A stretch of 60,817 bases of DNA, filler included, from Dimargaris cristalligena (Eukaryota), in assembly GCA_003614675.1 (NCBI GenBank). It is 2 parts of 2 records of this genome, joined end to end, with 100 filler letters (N's around TTAATTAATTAA, not from the genome) between each part and the next. Parts side by side here need not be neighbours in the genome. Positions count along the whole stretch, not along the records: positions 30,472 to 60,817 come from ML002461.1; 1 more part is not named here. One strand, given 5' to 3'. The translations under genes and the position numbers were made by a program. The stretch's first letter is position 1. Every line of letters starts with the position of its first letter. This document shows, in pieces, positions 33,401-46,373 of this stretch. The notes under the pieces are model-generated. The model searched no databases, was not told the origin of the DNA, and worked only from the letters and a program-made list of their open reading frames with translations.

Positions 33401-36400
33401 TAGGCTGGGGTGCCGGTCCGCCAGGACAAACAGCTGGATCATCATATGATCCCGGCCGATCAAGCGCAGCACGTCGGGTGCATTCCGCTTCACCAGCTGA
33501 AGCAAACAGGCCGCGCCGACCGCCCGAACCGCCGGCTCAGGGGCTCGGATAGCCTCCCGCAGAAACTGGAGTAGAGGCGGGATGGCCATTTCTTGGGGGG
33601 CAAACATTAGAACTTGTTGGCAGCAACGGATATATTCGATTGTCGTTAGCTCCTGTCGATTGTAGCGTAACTCTCGCATCATCACCATACACAGTCCCTT
33701 GATCTGTTCATCAAAGGGGAGTTCAGGTCCGTAAGCCCCCAGGAGGGCACACAGTACCTGGCCCAGCCCCCGGGAAGCATGCTCAACATGAAGGTCGTGG
33801 GCCAGGGCCTCGGCGGGGGCCTCTAACGTGTATTCGTGGGTCTCGCTCATGAATAGCTTGGCCAGCATCATGACGGTAATGCTTACGTAAGGGACAAACA
33901 TCATACCAGCGGCATCGATGGTGATGGCCAGTGCATGCAAGCCCCAGTTGTGGACCACAGGGTTAGAATCACGGCTCAAGGAGTGTAGAAGAACCACTAC
34001 CGATTTGAGGTGGACACTGGCGGTCATACTACCGGCGTGACTGTAGATACTCCCTAAACCCAAGGCGACACCGGCACGGGCGAAGTGGTCCCGATTGTGG
34101 ATGGCCTGCATGGTTAGCTGATTGACGGTATGGGAGATAAATTTAGCACCCGCCTGGTTGGCCAGGTGGCCGAGAGTCTCACAAGCGGCGATACGCAGTT
34201 TCACGTCAAGGTGCATAATAGGGCCTCGTAAGACCTCGAACATAAGCTGGACGACCCGGGTCGATATGGTACCAGTAGGGCGAGGTCCGAGTGGGCTGAG
34301 ATCCGACTGAGACGCCGTAGGACTGGTTGGATCGTCGAGGACATCCGACGGACGGCGACCGCCCCCGGTGGTTGCAGCAGCGGCCAAAGCACGTAGGGAG
34401 TAGAACAGGGCCAGAACACAGTTGACCTGGATAGCATAGCGACGATCCGAGTACCGGTCAAAGCCGGAGTATTGCTGTACGTTGAGGAAATCTTGCAGGA
34501 GCGAGATTTGCACCGCCTCGTTGGTGTGGCTAAAGAGAATACCAAAGAGTTCAATGGCCGCGTCAACCGCCGAGGTGTAGGGAGCCATCACCGAGCCGGT
34601 AGGGTAGCCAGCGGGATTGGGACCAGAGCAGACCTGGGAATTGGCGAGCGACCCAGGGGTAGGGTGATCGGCGAGGGGGTCAGCTCCCTCGGAAGGGGGG
34701 GTTGGAGTTAGAGTATCTCCGGTGGAGGAATAGCCAGCGTCGGTGGGCACGTAGAGCAGATTGTTGACGTCATGTTCGAACGCACCAAAGTAGCAATGGC
34801 TAAAATCGGTGAACCCGGCCGAGTCAAACAGGTTTTCGGTGATGGCAAATCCCCGACGCCGGTGCTGGGGTTCCCGCAGAAGGCGTAAGAGTAAACTCGT
34901 CATACCAATGTTAGTCTCATGGCCCCAGCGACTGGCAGAGGCCCCGAAAGCGGGGGAAGACTGGTACGCGATATAACTCCCCGCAAACGAGGGATTTGAG
35001 CTGGAGTAGGGGCCGGCGCCGGAATTTTGAGGACCAGAGCCGGGTAGGACATTATTGCCAGACTTGGAGTAGATAAAATCACCCATGCCTGAAAAGGTGG
35101 GCTCCGGGTTGGTAATGAGATCGGCTACGCACCGGAAAAGGGGGGGATATAGGGCTTCGTAGGGTTGGATTGGCAGTAAAAGGGTGAAGCAGGCCATCAG
35201 GCGCCGACGGACGAGGAAATTGGCCTCCATCAATCCCAGTGTGCTGGGCAAACTGGTGGCGGATCCGGTCGGGGAGGGGCCCTGATTTGACCCATACGAA
35301 TTTTGGGACACGCCGGGGGAAGACGAGCTAGATAAGAGTACGGCCGTGGAGGTGATCCGGGTGATGGGATGGGTTTGCAGGTACTGTAAGGCGGTTTGCA
35401 ACAGGCCCGTTACCCGTTTGGCACTATCACCACTGACTACAAGGCGCCGGTTGTACACTAAAAGATGGTAGAGAGCCCCAAGGGCTACTTCACGGATCTG
35501 GTAACCGTGTAGTAAGTCCGTGTCAGCGGGGGGATCAGTGGTCCCATCCGCTGGAGATCCAGGGCCCAGAGCCAGCTTCCAAAAATGCAGCCAGGTGCTA
35601 AAATGGAGACGAACAAATTCGGGGCCAAGGGTCAAGAGGGCGGCCACCAAGATCCAACCCATGCGAAGCTGGGCGTTGGTTACCCGTAAATCAACGGAAC
35701 GGCTAGAGGGCCGAGAGCCAGGTGGGTGACCAGGGCCAGGTCCGGGCCGGGGCATATTAGCGGGAGTCAGGGCGGCCTTGAGAAGTTGGTTGGCCACAGA
35801 GGCCACCCACATGGTTAGTTCGTATGAAACAAAAAGGGGACACTGGACCACGACAGTGACAACCGCGGCAAGGCCGAGGGCGTAACCATAGCAGCGCTTG
35901 AGTACGCCAAGCGAGATGCCCGAGTTGCTAATGTTGGCAATATCCTTCTGGAGCAGGTTGAGCAGTCGGGTTAGTAGGCGGGGAAGACGGGCCGGTACCG
36001 CAAGGGCGAATTGCTTCAAGCATTCAGCTGCAGCAATTTGGATGGTGTATTTGGGATAGGATAGCAAGGTGAGTAGAGGACCGACCATACCATCCTGGAC
36101 TAAATGGGCGTCGTTTCCTAAATCGGCCAAGAGATGGGATAGCTCATGGATAGCACAGGTAAGTACTACTTCCTTGGCCACTGACAAATCACCCGAGGAC
36201 GACGACGTTGAGAGACGGCTAGAGGACGACGGGGCACCCCCGGAATAAAAAGGAAGCTGGGACGGTAGTTTGATCCAGTGGGTCAGAAGCTCCTGTACGG
36301 CGGTCACCTTACCCCGCTCGGAGAGGGTGATGCCACGCCGAAGCAAGTCAGACACAAAGGCGCGGTAGCTTAGCCGCTCGACACGGGATGAGACGGAACC

Positions 36401-37786
36401 CTGTAAAGAACCGAGGAAATCCACAAAAAGATGGCGGAGTAGTACCGGATACTGAGCCTCGACGAACTCGGGGCCCCAGAGGGCCCACAGGACCCGATAG
36501 GTCTCGGCGATACCCGCCCGAAGGTCACGGGTGCATTGGGTTCGGCCAAAGGGGCTGGATAGATGGCGCAGTACGTCGGATAAGGTAACGAATGGCAGAG
36601 TGTTGGAGCGGGACATGCGCTGACGGATAGCGTTGGCCGTAGTGGAAGAGGTAGAATGGGTACGCGGGATAGGTACACTGGATAGACCGGGTTCGGCAAC
36701 ATTTGCCTGGGAGGAGGAGGATCGGGCCATGAACTGCGGAGACAGGGCCCCGGGAGACGAGACCGGGGGAATGGATGGCTCGGGGAGCAGGTTAGATGGC
36801 TCATTGACCACTTTGAATTTGTAGATTGCAGCCAGGATACCAGCCAACAGCGAGGCAATGGCCGTTCGAAGAACTAGGACGGGAGTATCCAGCCACTTGA
36901 GCACAGTGGCCAGAAGCTGATCCAAGTCGTAGGGAGACAGCTGGTTGATGTAGTTGGTATGTTGGACCAGGGCTAACAAGGCCCGGGAAGCTACCAGTAC
37001 TATTGATGTGGGTTTCTCGGTCATAATGGACCGCAGGCATTTAGCCAGATCCTTAATGGTGGCATCGGAAGCGATACGGCCAGCACCCTGCAGCGAGGCG
37101 GCCATGGCATCGACAGCGATGAGACGCAGGGGTAAAGCGTCGCCATTTGTTTTGGCGACCTTGACGCACAACAACACAACATCAGTAAACTGGCTTAAAA
37201 TGCGGTCGCCGAGGGCAGCAAAAAGCTGGCCGATTACGTAGAGAGCGGCCATTTTGGTTTCGCGCACCTCGCCAGACCCCTGCTTAGCCAGGATTAGGGA
37301 GCGGAGCCGCTGGAGCGTATCGAGTAACGTCCGAGTCTCACCGTGTAGATAGAGGTGGACGAAGCAGCGGGCGACGATTTCACGGAGGGGTTTCGAGGGT
37401 TTAAGGGCAGGGTAGGATATCGACCGAATGAGGTCCACCTCCAGCTGTGGCTGGATGGCCTTTAGCTCATTCTGTTGGTACGGACCGGGGTTGGGGCACG
37501 GGGGCAGAGTAGATGACCGGTACAGTAAATAAGTAAGTTTGGTTAATTAGGGAGGCCAGGTTGGATGGGGCACCTGGGAGCTAAGGAATAGCTGTCAAAG
37601 CCCAGAGCCAAGAAAGATCTCGGTTGAAAGCCCGGCGGGCCAATACTGGGTTTAACAAACACCTACCTGGTCGAGCGACCCCAGACGGGCCTCCATGTCG
37701 GACAACCATAGAAACAGAAACTGCTCTCGCTCGGCCGGAGACCGGATGGCCTGCAAGCGATGGTCATCGAGAGCGAAGGGGGCCAT
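30472..37786 (-). CDS. LAA1: HEAT-repeat protein HEATR5/Laa1 (AP-1 accessory), 3'-truncated by the gap; exon 1 37786-37667, exon 2 from 37471
   Basis: Helical-repeat ORF of more than 2300 aa with HEATR5-type segments (RAGVALGLGSIYSHAGSM, VHNWGLHAL, DPDFPGASMLEQYQAQITAA). Upstream exon MAPFALDD...EREQFLFLWLSDME joins in frame via intron 37472-37666 (GTAGGT...CAG). Confidence 0.88.
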
Positions 37787-38555
37787 GACAGAGAAATGGC
37801 CTAAAGAGAGGCACGGCGATGATAATGATAAGAGCAGTAAGATTAGGACAAGAAAAGTAGTAAAGTGCCCGCTGGAAAATAGTGCGGATGGCTTAGTCGA
37901 GGCTGGAGTGCATACAAGTAAGTGGGTTTGGAGGCACTGGGTGTTTGCCAGTCTCTCTATGCACCCTAAACCACCGGAATGGTTCTATTGTATGGAGACT
38001 ATTCCGAATCCCACTCTAATAGGTGAGAGTAATAATCTGCCCGCCCGCCTCCCTACTGGACCCCCCTCCTAAGGTGCAACCGTCTACTCCCAGGGGACAT
38101 GGGGAATAACAAAGGCCTCCTTGGACACTTGGTTTTCTGGATACCCATAAAAACTAAGTACGCCTTGAGTGTTATACTGACAGGCATTTATAATAAATAC
38201 TTGTCACTAACCGCATTGCAATTAATATCCTCCCAGGTTGGTAGAATCTATCGGAAATTTCAAGTCGCTATTACTGCGAAATGAAATACCCTCGATGCTA
38301 CGGCATCCACAGTAGGGGGGGCTGTGCGCTAACTAGCCGCCCCCGCTTAGCATAGCTGGGGTGGGGTTTACGTTGGTCTGGTTAGTGGAAACCCGTTCAG
38401 TCTGATTCTAGTCACACACCTAAGTCATTATACCACGTGATGTTGGAATACGACTCAAATGCCCTTCCTCTACTATACTTACTAGTGTATGTAGTTAGTT
38501 CATCACCTATTAATAACCCAATAATAGTCACCTTATAAGCCATGAAACAGGATTG

Positions 38556-38699
38556 ATATGGGTGAAATTCAAGCTGGCTGTATAGGGTATTTACATAATA
38601 CACGTATGGACTAATATATGTGAGAATAGCTTTTAACCAGTAATATTGGCCTCGTCCAATGGATTTTTCATTATACAGTCTGAATGAACCTCTCCCATT
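38556..38699 (+). repeat. Full-length copy of the ~140-bp dispersed repeat
   Basis: ATATGGGTGAAATTCAAGCTGGCTGTATAG...TTTTAACCAGTAATATTGG...TTATACAGTCTGAATGAACCTCTCCCAT aligns with copies at 21150, 57019-57298 (minus) and 60340-60478. Confidence 0.78.
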
Positions 38700-39303
38700 T
38701 GCTTTACTAATCTACCCCCCTCTTGCTCAATCCCATCAGATAATCGTGCCAGGGGCAGGGTTCGTCAACGTTGCTGCTGGTCATTTCATACCTGGTCTGA
38801 CTAATCGGGAATGATTTAGTTGTATTCCATAGGGTAGCTTAGGGTGAGTCTCGCCCCGACTGGTTCCGGGGAGTTTTGTCGAATAGTAATTAGTTGACGT
38901 CCGTAAGCAGCCGATACTAATACAAACCCGGCTACATACGGTTGTTTATCAATCGGAGCATGCAATAATTTTATATGTATGCCCCTCCTCAACCAAAACA
39001 GAAACATAAACATAGTCAGGTGCTTATCGGACTTTATATGGCGGATAATCACGGGAGTCCTTTGATGTACCGCCGGACGGATTAGGAAACGAAGCCAACA
39101 TCAAGGGAAACATATAGGCTGAGAGGTAGGCATTCTCTAAAAGTTAGTTAGTATATTAAGGAGGCAGAGACTGTTGTTAGTAAAATCAAAGTACGGTAAT
39201 GCCCTCCTTCTCTATGGCCAGTGTGCCAAGATTGCCCATGGACTGGGCTGGTGAACTCACCTAATGCACAGGGAGAAGCGAGGCGCAGCCCTAAAGTTGG
39301 ACG

Positions 39304-39591
39304 ACGCGTCGCTGAGTCAGCTTGCCCAACGCGTAGAGTTCCACTCACCCCACTAAGTGTAAATAAACAATTGGGCTAAAACCAAAACAAACGGTTCGAG
39401 CCGGACGCGCTTGAGACATCCACCTTAATCTGATTGGTGGATTTTTTGTTGGGGTAAACAGAGCCGTTTTCCACCACCCAGCTCCCCCTCCCCCAAAAAG
39501 CGCGTTTGTGTATGTGCATTTCCGAGCCAATGGCCGTTGGAATACAATGTTCGACTCTTCAAGGCCAGCCGGCTAGTGGAAAATATATAAA
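39304..39591 (+). promoter_or_regulatory. RNR2 promoter: MCB (ACGCGT) elements, AP-1-like site, CCAAT boxes, TATA
   Basis: ACGCGT at 39304 and 39329, further CGCG cores at ~39406 and ~39501, TGAGTCA at 39313, ATTGG/CCAAT at ~39370, ~39433 and ~39527, TATATAAA at ~39584. Confidence 0.6.
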
Positions 39592-39969
39592 CCCCCCCCT
39601 AGCCCCTCCACTAGGCTCCATATTCACACTGAATTCGACCTCACCCATTCCCCACACTCCAGCGCTCCATTCGCCGTATATTCCACCCCCTCCTCCGCTA
39701 CCCTTCCGATTTGGGTATTACGCCACCATAGCTCTACTCAACGTACACCCCGCCTTTTTAGCCCTTGCCGCAGCATCCCCGATTGCGATTTTTTTTTTCG
39801 CTCCCGCTTGCTCCATATCGCTTCCCTCCATCTATATTGACTGGCTGGTTTTTTCCTTTGGCCAGTTAGTGCTCTTTTTATACCCTATTATTTCCGCTCA
39901 GTCTTCCCCACACAACTTTTCCCTTTTTCGGATCCCGCTTTTCCCCTTCAACCTTTCCTTAAAACCACA

Positions 39970-41055
39970 ATGTCTTTCAATATTCCCCTCGTCCCTGCCG
40001 AAGCCAGTGCCCTGATCCGCCAGCGTCCCCACGTTAAGGACGACGCGGAGTTGGAACGGGTTCGCGCCCTGGAGGCCCAGGAACCTATCCTCAAGTCTAA
40101 CCCCGGCCGCTTTGTCCTCTTCCCTATCAAGTACCACGAGATCTGGCAGATGTACAAGAAGGCCGAAGCCTCCTTCTGGACTGCCGAAGAAGCCGACCTG
40201 TCCAAGGACTTGGGCGACTGGGAACGCCTGTCTGATAACGAGCGCTACTTTGTCAAGCACGTCCTGGCTTTCTTCGCCGCGTCCGACGGTATCGTCAACG
40301 AGAACTTGCTCGAACGCTTCAGTAACGAGGTCCAGATTCCCGAAGCCCGTTGCTTCTACGGCTTCCAAATTATGATTGAGAACATCCACGCTGAAATGTA
40401 CAGTCTGCTGATTGATTCCAACATCCGTGAACCCAAAGAGCGCGACTATCTGTTCAACGCCCTCGATAACATCCCCTGTATCCGCCTCAAGGCTGACTGG
40501 GCCCTCCGCTGGATTGGTGACCAGCGCTCTACCTTTGGTGAGCGCTTGGTGGCCTTCGCCGCCGTTGAGGGCATTTTCTTCTCCGGCTCCTTCGCCTCCA
40601 TCTTTTGGCTCAAGAAGCGTGGTCTGATGCCCGGCCTCACCTTCTCCAACGAACTCATCTCCCGTGACGAGGGCCTGCACACTGACTTTGCCTGCCTGCT
40701 CTTCTCCCACCTGAAGCATCGCCCCTCGCCCGAGGTCGTCAAGGCCATCATCGTGGAGGCCGTTGCCATTGAGCAGGATTTCCTGACCGATGCCCTGCCC
40801 GTCAGCCTTATCGGTATGAACTCTACCCTGATGAAACAGTACATTGAATTCGTTGCCGATCGCCTGCTGGTCGCCCTCGGCTGCCCCAAGCACTACCACT
40901 CCGAGAACCCCTTCGACTTTATGGACCTGATTTCTCTGCAGGGCAAGACCAACTTCTTCGAAAAGCGGGTATCCGACTACCAGAAGGCCGGTGTCATGAA
41001 GAACTCCTCCTCGAACGAGAACGGCCACGCCTTTGTCATGGACGCCGACTTTTAG
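39970..41055 (+). CDS. RNR2: Ribonucleoside-diphosphate reductase small subunit
   Basis: [39 protein letters not shown] and SRDEGLH di-iron/tyrosyl-radical motifs; C-terminal [10 protein letters not shown]...F. Confidence 0.98.
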   Translation: MSFNIPLVPAEASALIRQRPHVKDDAELERVRALEAQEPILKSNPGRFVLFPIKYHEIWQMYKKAEASFWTAEEADLSKDLGDWERLSDNERYFVKHVLAFFAASDGIVNENLLERFSNEVQIPEARCFYGFQIMIENIHAEMYSLLIDSNIREPKERDYLFNALDNIPCIRLKADWALRWIGDQRSTFGERLVAFAAVEGIFFSGSFASIFWLKKRGLMPGLTFSNELISRDEGLHTDFACLLFSHLKHRPSPEVVKAIIVEAVAIEQDFLTDALPVSLIGMNSTLMKQYIEFVADRLLVALGCPKHYHSENPFDFMDLISLQGKTNFFEKRVSDYQKAGVMKNSSSNENGHAFVMDADF

Positions 41056-41469
41056 ATGTGCAGTGTTGTTTTTTTATTTTTTTTTCTCTAGATACCCTCT
41101 GCCCATCCTTTGACTCTGTCGACTGTTAATAGGCACCTAATATTCTCACCCCTTTCCTTTTGATGTGTCACCGTTTCATTCCTTGTCGCTTGGTTTTTCT
41201 CCTCAATTTCTACCTTATCATTTGTAATATTGTGAGCCTGCTAGACTGCTTCATCTCGCTCACCTATACCATCCCCTCGGGCTACTGATGTAGACCATCT
41301 GTATTATGTCATCACTCTCCCTATATCTTAGTTATAGTAATAGCTCCCTCTATTTTTAATATTAAATTGTGTTTCTAAAATACGCTTAATGGCAGTTGAG
41401 TGATTATATGGAGGTGGAGCAATATATTATATACTTTTGAAATAGAAACAGGCTCGTCGTAACCCAATA

Positions 41470-42687
41470 TTAGGCTGATACGTTTTGGGTTTCGGCGGGC
41501 TGCTGACGACTGCGCAGAATATTGGTGATGAAGAGCTCGCCGGCCTTGTAGGATGACCGAACCAGCGGACCGGACGCCGTATATTTGAAACCCAATTCTT
41601 CGCCCACCTTGGCCCAGTGGTCGAACTTCTGGGGGGTCACATAGGCTGAGACCTTCATATGGCCCTTGGTAGGCCGCATGTACTGACCGAGGGTCACGCA
41701 GTCCACACCAACGGCCCGTAGGTCCTTCAGAGTCTGCAGCACTTCCTCGTCCGTCTCACCGCACCCGAGCATGATGGATGTCTTGGTAATCAGCGACGGT
41801 TTGGCTTCTTTAGCGTGTTGCAGGACCCGGAGGGTCTGGCGGTACTTGGCCCGCCGGTCCCGCACAAAAGGGGTCAACTCCTCGACCGTCTCCACGTTAT
41901 GGGCATACACGTCCAGGCCCGACCGGGCTACACGGGCCACGTCCTCTAAGTTACCCTGGAAATCACCCGTCAGGCACTCCACTAGGATCTGGGGCGCCTT
42001 TTGCTTAATCAGTTGCACGGTTTCGGCAAAGTGGGCCGAACCACCGTCAATAAGATCGTCACGGTCCACCGAGGTCAGCACCACATAGTCTAGACCCCAG
42101 CGGGCGATGGCTTCCGCCGTGCTCTCGGGTTCCATGGGGTTCAGGGGTTTGGGCTTGCGGCTGGTCTTGACGGAACAGAACCGACAAGCCCGGGTGCACT
42201 CGTCACCCATGAGCATAATGGTGGCCGTGGCCGTCTGGTGTTCGCCCCCGCCCCAACACTCGCCAATGTTGGGGCACCGGGCTTCTTCGCACACCGTGTG
42301 CAGCTTGAGTTCCCGCAGATTACTCTTGATGCGGTTGTAGTTGGCACTGGTCGGGTAGCGGGTCTTGAGCCAGGGGGGCAGGCGCTTCTTGCCGTCGGGG
42401 GTTTGGGCGTTGGCCAACTCCAGGGCCTCCTCGGCCGACAGGGCGTCGCTGCTCATGGTCTGGGTACCGTTCAGGGCGAATTCGCCCAGGTTGGGGCCGC
42501 TGCGAAGCTTTTCCCGGAGCGCCTCCAGGCGGGAGGACTGGTCAATGGTTTCGGACTGAACAGGGGCTGACTGGGTCAAATGGCGACGACTTCCGAGAGT
42601 TCCCCAGACGCGGGTGGACGGTAACGGCGAGTAGGACGTCGGGCCAGCCCGGTATAGAGCACGGGTGATAGCTGAGGTAAGGGCCAT
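41470..42687 (-). CDS. LIP5: Mitochondrial lipoyl synthase
   Basis: [12 protein letters not shown] auxiliary-cluster motif, CTRACRFC radical-SAM motif, [10 protein letters not shown]; presequence-like N-terminus. Confidence 0.97.
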   Translation of the reverse strand: MALTSAITRALYRAGPTSYSPLPSTRVWGTLGSRRHLTQSAPVQSETIDQSSRLEALREKLRSGPNLGEFALNGTQTMSSDALSAEEALELANAQTPDGKKRLPPWLKTRYPTSANYNRIKSNLRELKLHTVCEEARCPNIGECWGGGEHQTATATIMLMGDECTRACRFCSVKTSRKPKPLNPMEPESTAEAIARWGLDYVVLTSVDRDDLIDGGSAHFAETVQLIKQKAPQILVECLTGDFQGNLEDVARVARSGLDVYAHNVETVEELTPFVRDRRAKYRQTLRVLQHAKEAKPSLITKTSIMLGCGETDEEVLQTLKDLRAVGVDCVTLGQYMRPTKGHMKVSAYVTPQKFDHWAKVGEELGFKYTASGPLVRSSYKAGELFITNILRSRQQPAETQNVSA

Positions 42688-43195
42688 GTCGGTAGTATAT
42701 TAGGTAGTAGCTGCGAAAAGCCCGTGTATTTAGGAAAATCCGAATGAACGAGGGAAGAGGCGGTTACTGGGTCGATTGCCACGGCTAAAAGAAAATAAGA
42801 GAATCCCCCCGAATATGAAAGGTCCGTAATGTATTGGGTACAATGCGAGGTGCGCTGGGTTGGCTTAGGTGAATGAAAAGGTATGGTCTAGTAGCAAGAT
42901 CAGGCCACTGGGTTCCTAGCCAGTAAGTGGTAAAGAGAGTGGAATAACACAACCAGTAATACTACTTATAAGTGGCTTCTTATGTAAGTGACTCCTACTA
43001 CATGTAAGGGAGATTCCCTTCACTTAGTTTATCCGCTGGGATACTCCCTCCGCCAAGTAAGGGGGATCCCGGTGGATATATTATTGCACTATACTCCCCA
43101 TATCGGTGTTAACTTAAGCATGGCTTGTTTATTACAACATCTATAGGCAGTTTATCAGGGCACCACCCCCGCCTGGGTAGGCCATAAAGGGATTT

Positions 43196-43408
43196 CTAGG
43201 CCTTTGGGGATTCCGCGGGCTTTGCTTCACTAGTAGTTTCGGAGGTTGGTACAGCTTTGGACTCAGTTGGTTGTTCCTCTTTAGCGGGAGATGTGTTGCC
43301 GGAGGGCTGGACGGCCTGTTGGGCCAGGTAGGGCTGCCAAATGTAGAATCCGCTGGCTACTCCTACGGCAGCTGCCACCAGGGGTGGAAGGATCTTTTGC
43401 AACGACAT
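43196..43408 (-). CDS. Single-TM microprotein, PIGBOS1-like (70 aa)
   Basis: Hydrophobic LVAAAVGVASGFYIWQP resembles the GxxGxYIFxP segment I recall from PIGBOS1. Polar tail, ACCATG start context. Confidence 0.6.
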   Translation of the reverse strand: MSLQKILPPLVAAAVGVASGFYIWQPYLAQQAVQPSGNTSPAKEEQPTESKAVPTSETTSEAKPAESPKA

Positions 43409-43813
43409 GGTAGTTCGTAGTTAAGAAAATGTGCGAAAATTAGAAGACGGGCTAGAAAGGTTCAAGAGTAGATCTTGAAATGGAGATGGACAAAAGTATG
43501 TTCGAAGAATGGACGACTCAGTCCTAGCTTTAACCTTTACCAAAAATACATCACATTGGTTTCTTAGGGGGGGTCCCCGCCAAGTAGCCAATACACTTTA
43601 CATTGATTTGTATCTCAATGTATCGTATTGCAGTTTTGAATGGTTTTGCGTATCATTATTTTATAGAGCGAGAGGCCCGTACACCTACTTGCAAGATTTT
43701 CCCCCACATTGAGGTTTTATAAAGCCATTTATTAGAAGAAATGTATTCGTATGTACAATAAGGAGCTCTAGGGCCAACCGTTAATGCCTATAACCACGCT
43801 CAGTGGCCGTTTT

Positions 43814-46041
43814 CTACCGTTGGAATATCAGGCAGCGCTCCATTCCGTGAGGGTCTCGGACCGTTGCCAGGTAGCTTAAAGTGCCTTCGAAGATCCTTTT
43901 TACCCGCGGAGTCATACCCTGACCCGCCTCAAGAACAAGTATTCCCCCCGACCGCAAAACGCGATTGTGGGTGGTTCGTAGCACCTCCGCAAGAGCGTAA
44001 TAATGCTCATATCCGTCCTGATCGGCGAACAGTGCTTGCGCTGGTTCGTGTTGCTGGGCCATCCGGTCCAGTTTCCGGGCCCCTCGTACAGAGCTCAAGT
44101 AGGGCGGATTACAGACGATTAAATCGAAAGGTGAGTGAGTGGTCAGGTATGTTTGGGTCTGGTCGAGAGTGGCCATGTCGTCTTGGAGCCAGGTGACTCG
44201 ATCGGACTCCACACCGTGCCGTTGGCCGTTTTCTCGGGCCACATTCAGGGCTCCTTCACTGATGTCAAGGCCCACCCCTCGGGTCTGCGGAGCTCGCAGT
44301 AGAAGGGGAATCAAGAGGCACCCGCAGCCCGTACCGATATCTAGGACATGGAGTAGGGGGTGGGGGTCGCTACTGTTGGTCACACTGGAGGGCTGCGGAG
44401 TAATGGCCTCGGTCCGAATAAGCTGCAGGGCAGCCTCAACAAGGGTTTCGGACGCTGGTCGAGGAATTAGGGTGTCGGGGGTCACTTTGAATGCGAGCGA
44501 ACAGAACGTCTAAACCAAATGGTACGGGGGCATGGGTAGTTACAATACACATTACTAAGACGATGGGGACTTTGGGAATCGAACTGGTGGATCTAGTCGC
44601 TTGTAGTAATTCGTACCCATCGATATCCAACTGAACCCTTCCCTCAATTTTACTCTATAAATCTGGTATGGTGAAATAAAATAGCAACTCACCTTTTCTC
44701 CCACTTGGTACGCCAGAGGCATGTCTCGGGTATGATCAAACGTTTGGCCCAGCGTCATTAGGTCCGAGGACTGACCTTCAACTACCGCTTGTTCCAAGCT
44801 CGCAAGCTCATTCAGGATTTTGGCCGCCTTGCGCTGGTAGAATTGGGCCTCCCGTTCACGTAACCGCCCGAACTTTTCGGGCTCGGGTAGACAGACTGCA
44901 ACTCGTTCGCCGGTGGTGGGGTGGGTGAATTCTAATTCCGTCAGAGCCAGCAAGAGTCCCTTGCCACTGGCCTTAAGGGGTCGGGTGCGGGTACCGATCC
45001 CCACCACGGGGTAGCCGTGCTCTATCATAATTCGGCGAACGTACGCCCCACCGAGCGGGCTGTTGGGGGCAATCCGAAGCGTGGTCAGATAGCCGCTCGA
45101 GTTGCTTCGGCTGGTACTCACAACCCCCAGGTCTCTAAGATTGGGGTCCTCGGTTACGGTTTTGGTATTAGCCAACAAGGCAGCCACGTCGCCGTGGCAA
45201 ATGACGATGTACGTTTCGTTCACCGCGCCCTCCTTGTACAGAGCCTGTAGCTGGGTGAAGGTCTCGGCATTCTTGGCCACGAGCGTCTGCAAGTTCGGAT
45301 ATGGGGCGGGTGGCGGTAGACAAGATGTGTTAAGGTTAGCATATGGGCCCGTTTATGGAGAGGCTCCCGCGAGAGTGGTTAAATTAGACCCCTCCCCAGT
45401 CCTTCTAATAAAGACAGGCCCGCGTTAAAGCGATCTCAAAGTTTTGCAGGGCGGCAATATCAGCTTAAACCATCAGTCTATTCGTCACCCCAAAGGATGA
45501 CTGTCCCAACTACACTGAATCCCCCCTTTTATATTAGTTAGCACATGCACACTGGGCACACTCAACCGTAAAGGTGGCTTACCAGACCATGGGCGGCCTT
45601 TTCGACTCGGTTAACCGACCACACTCGGAGAAGACCCGACTCGGGGTCCATGACGCAGTTGGTCAAGGCAAACGGGGCCGTGGTTTCGAGGTTAACCACG
45701 TCCAAACCCGGGGTTTTATGCACCACCGCCAGTTGGCTATCTTCCCACAGGACCTTTAAGTCGGACTTATGGGCCACCTTGTCGCGCTGGGTTAGTACGG
45801 CATTGGCGTGGACTTCGACTCGATCCCCGGCTTGAAGAATCTTGCTGTCAACCACCACTTGGCCGTTCACTGTGATTTCCTCGCGTTTAAAAGCCTGGCG
45901 GACGGCCAGGCCCGTAGCGTAGCGGTGTCGGAAGTAGTGTTTGATGTATTTGAGAGCTCGCATGCCGTGTTCGGCGGGCGTAACCACCCGGTCCTCGTGC
46001 TGCACAGAATCGGCAAAGGGAGGTGGCAAGGGTGTAGCCAT
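43814..46041 (-). CDS. Fusion of an S4 + degenerate RluA/RluD-type pseudouridine-synthase domain to a HemK/PrmC glutamine methyltransferase; exons 46041-45583, 45286-44693, 44509-43814 (~582 aa)
   Basis: Two phase-0 GT-AG introns join the S4-like EITVNG...LQAGDRV, VLWEDSQLAVVHKTPGL, NRVEKAAHGL|TLVAKN and LEFTHPTTGE to PLAYQVGEK|TFCSLAFKVTPDTLIPRP, LDIGTGCG and DLIVCNPPY. Confidence 0.85.
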
Positions 46042-46373
46042 GGTAAGAAGTAGGAATCAATGTCAGTAAACAGGAGTAACAACGACGGAACTGAATAGGG
46101 TGGAGTTGGGCCCGGGCATCCCTAAGTTAGGTCAAGGAAAGGTACGCGACCTGGGGTTTGGGGGAAACCCTCCCAAGTGAAAGCCCCGCCTTTTATGAAG
46201 TTGGATAATGTGGCAGGGGAGAGGGGGTGCCACAGTAGGCCGGGCCTTGTTCCTTCGTTCCTTGTACTTACTTGCCAGTCTCTATTTAACTGTCTTCTTG
46301 CGAGTCCTTTTATTCGTACTTGTGCTCTATATATTACCTACCGCCTCCGACCCCTTCCCTAGTTCTATTCACG

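Noticed and set aside
39898-41028. 376-aa antisense ORF over RNR2, and similar shadow ORFs over SERINC, NT5DC, APEH, GEM1 and HEATR5
   Set aside because: Expected by-product of GC-rich, codon-biased sense genes; no recognisable domains.
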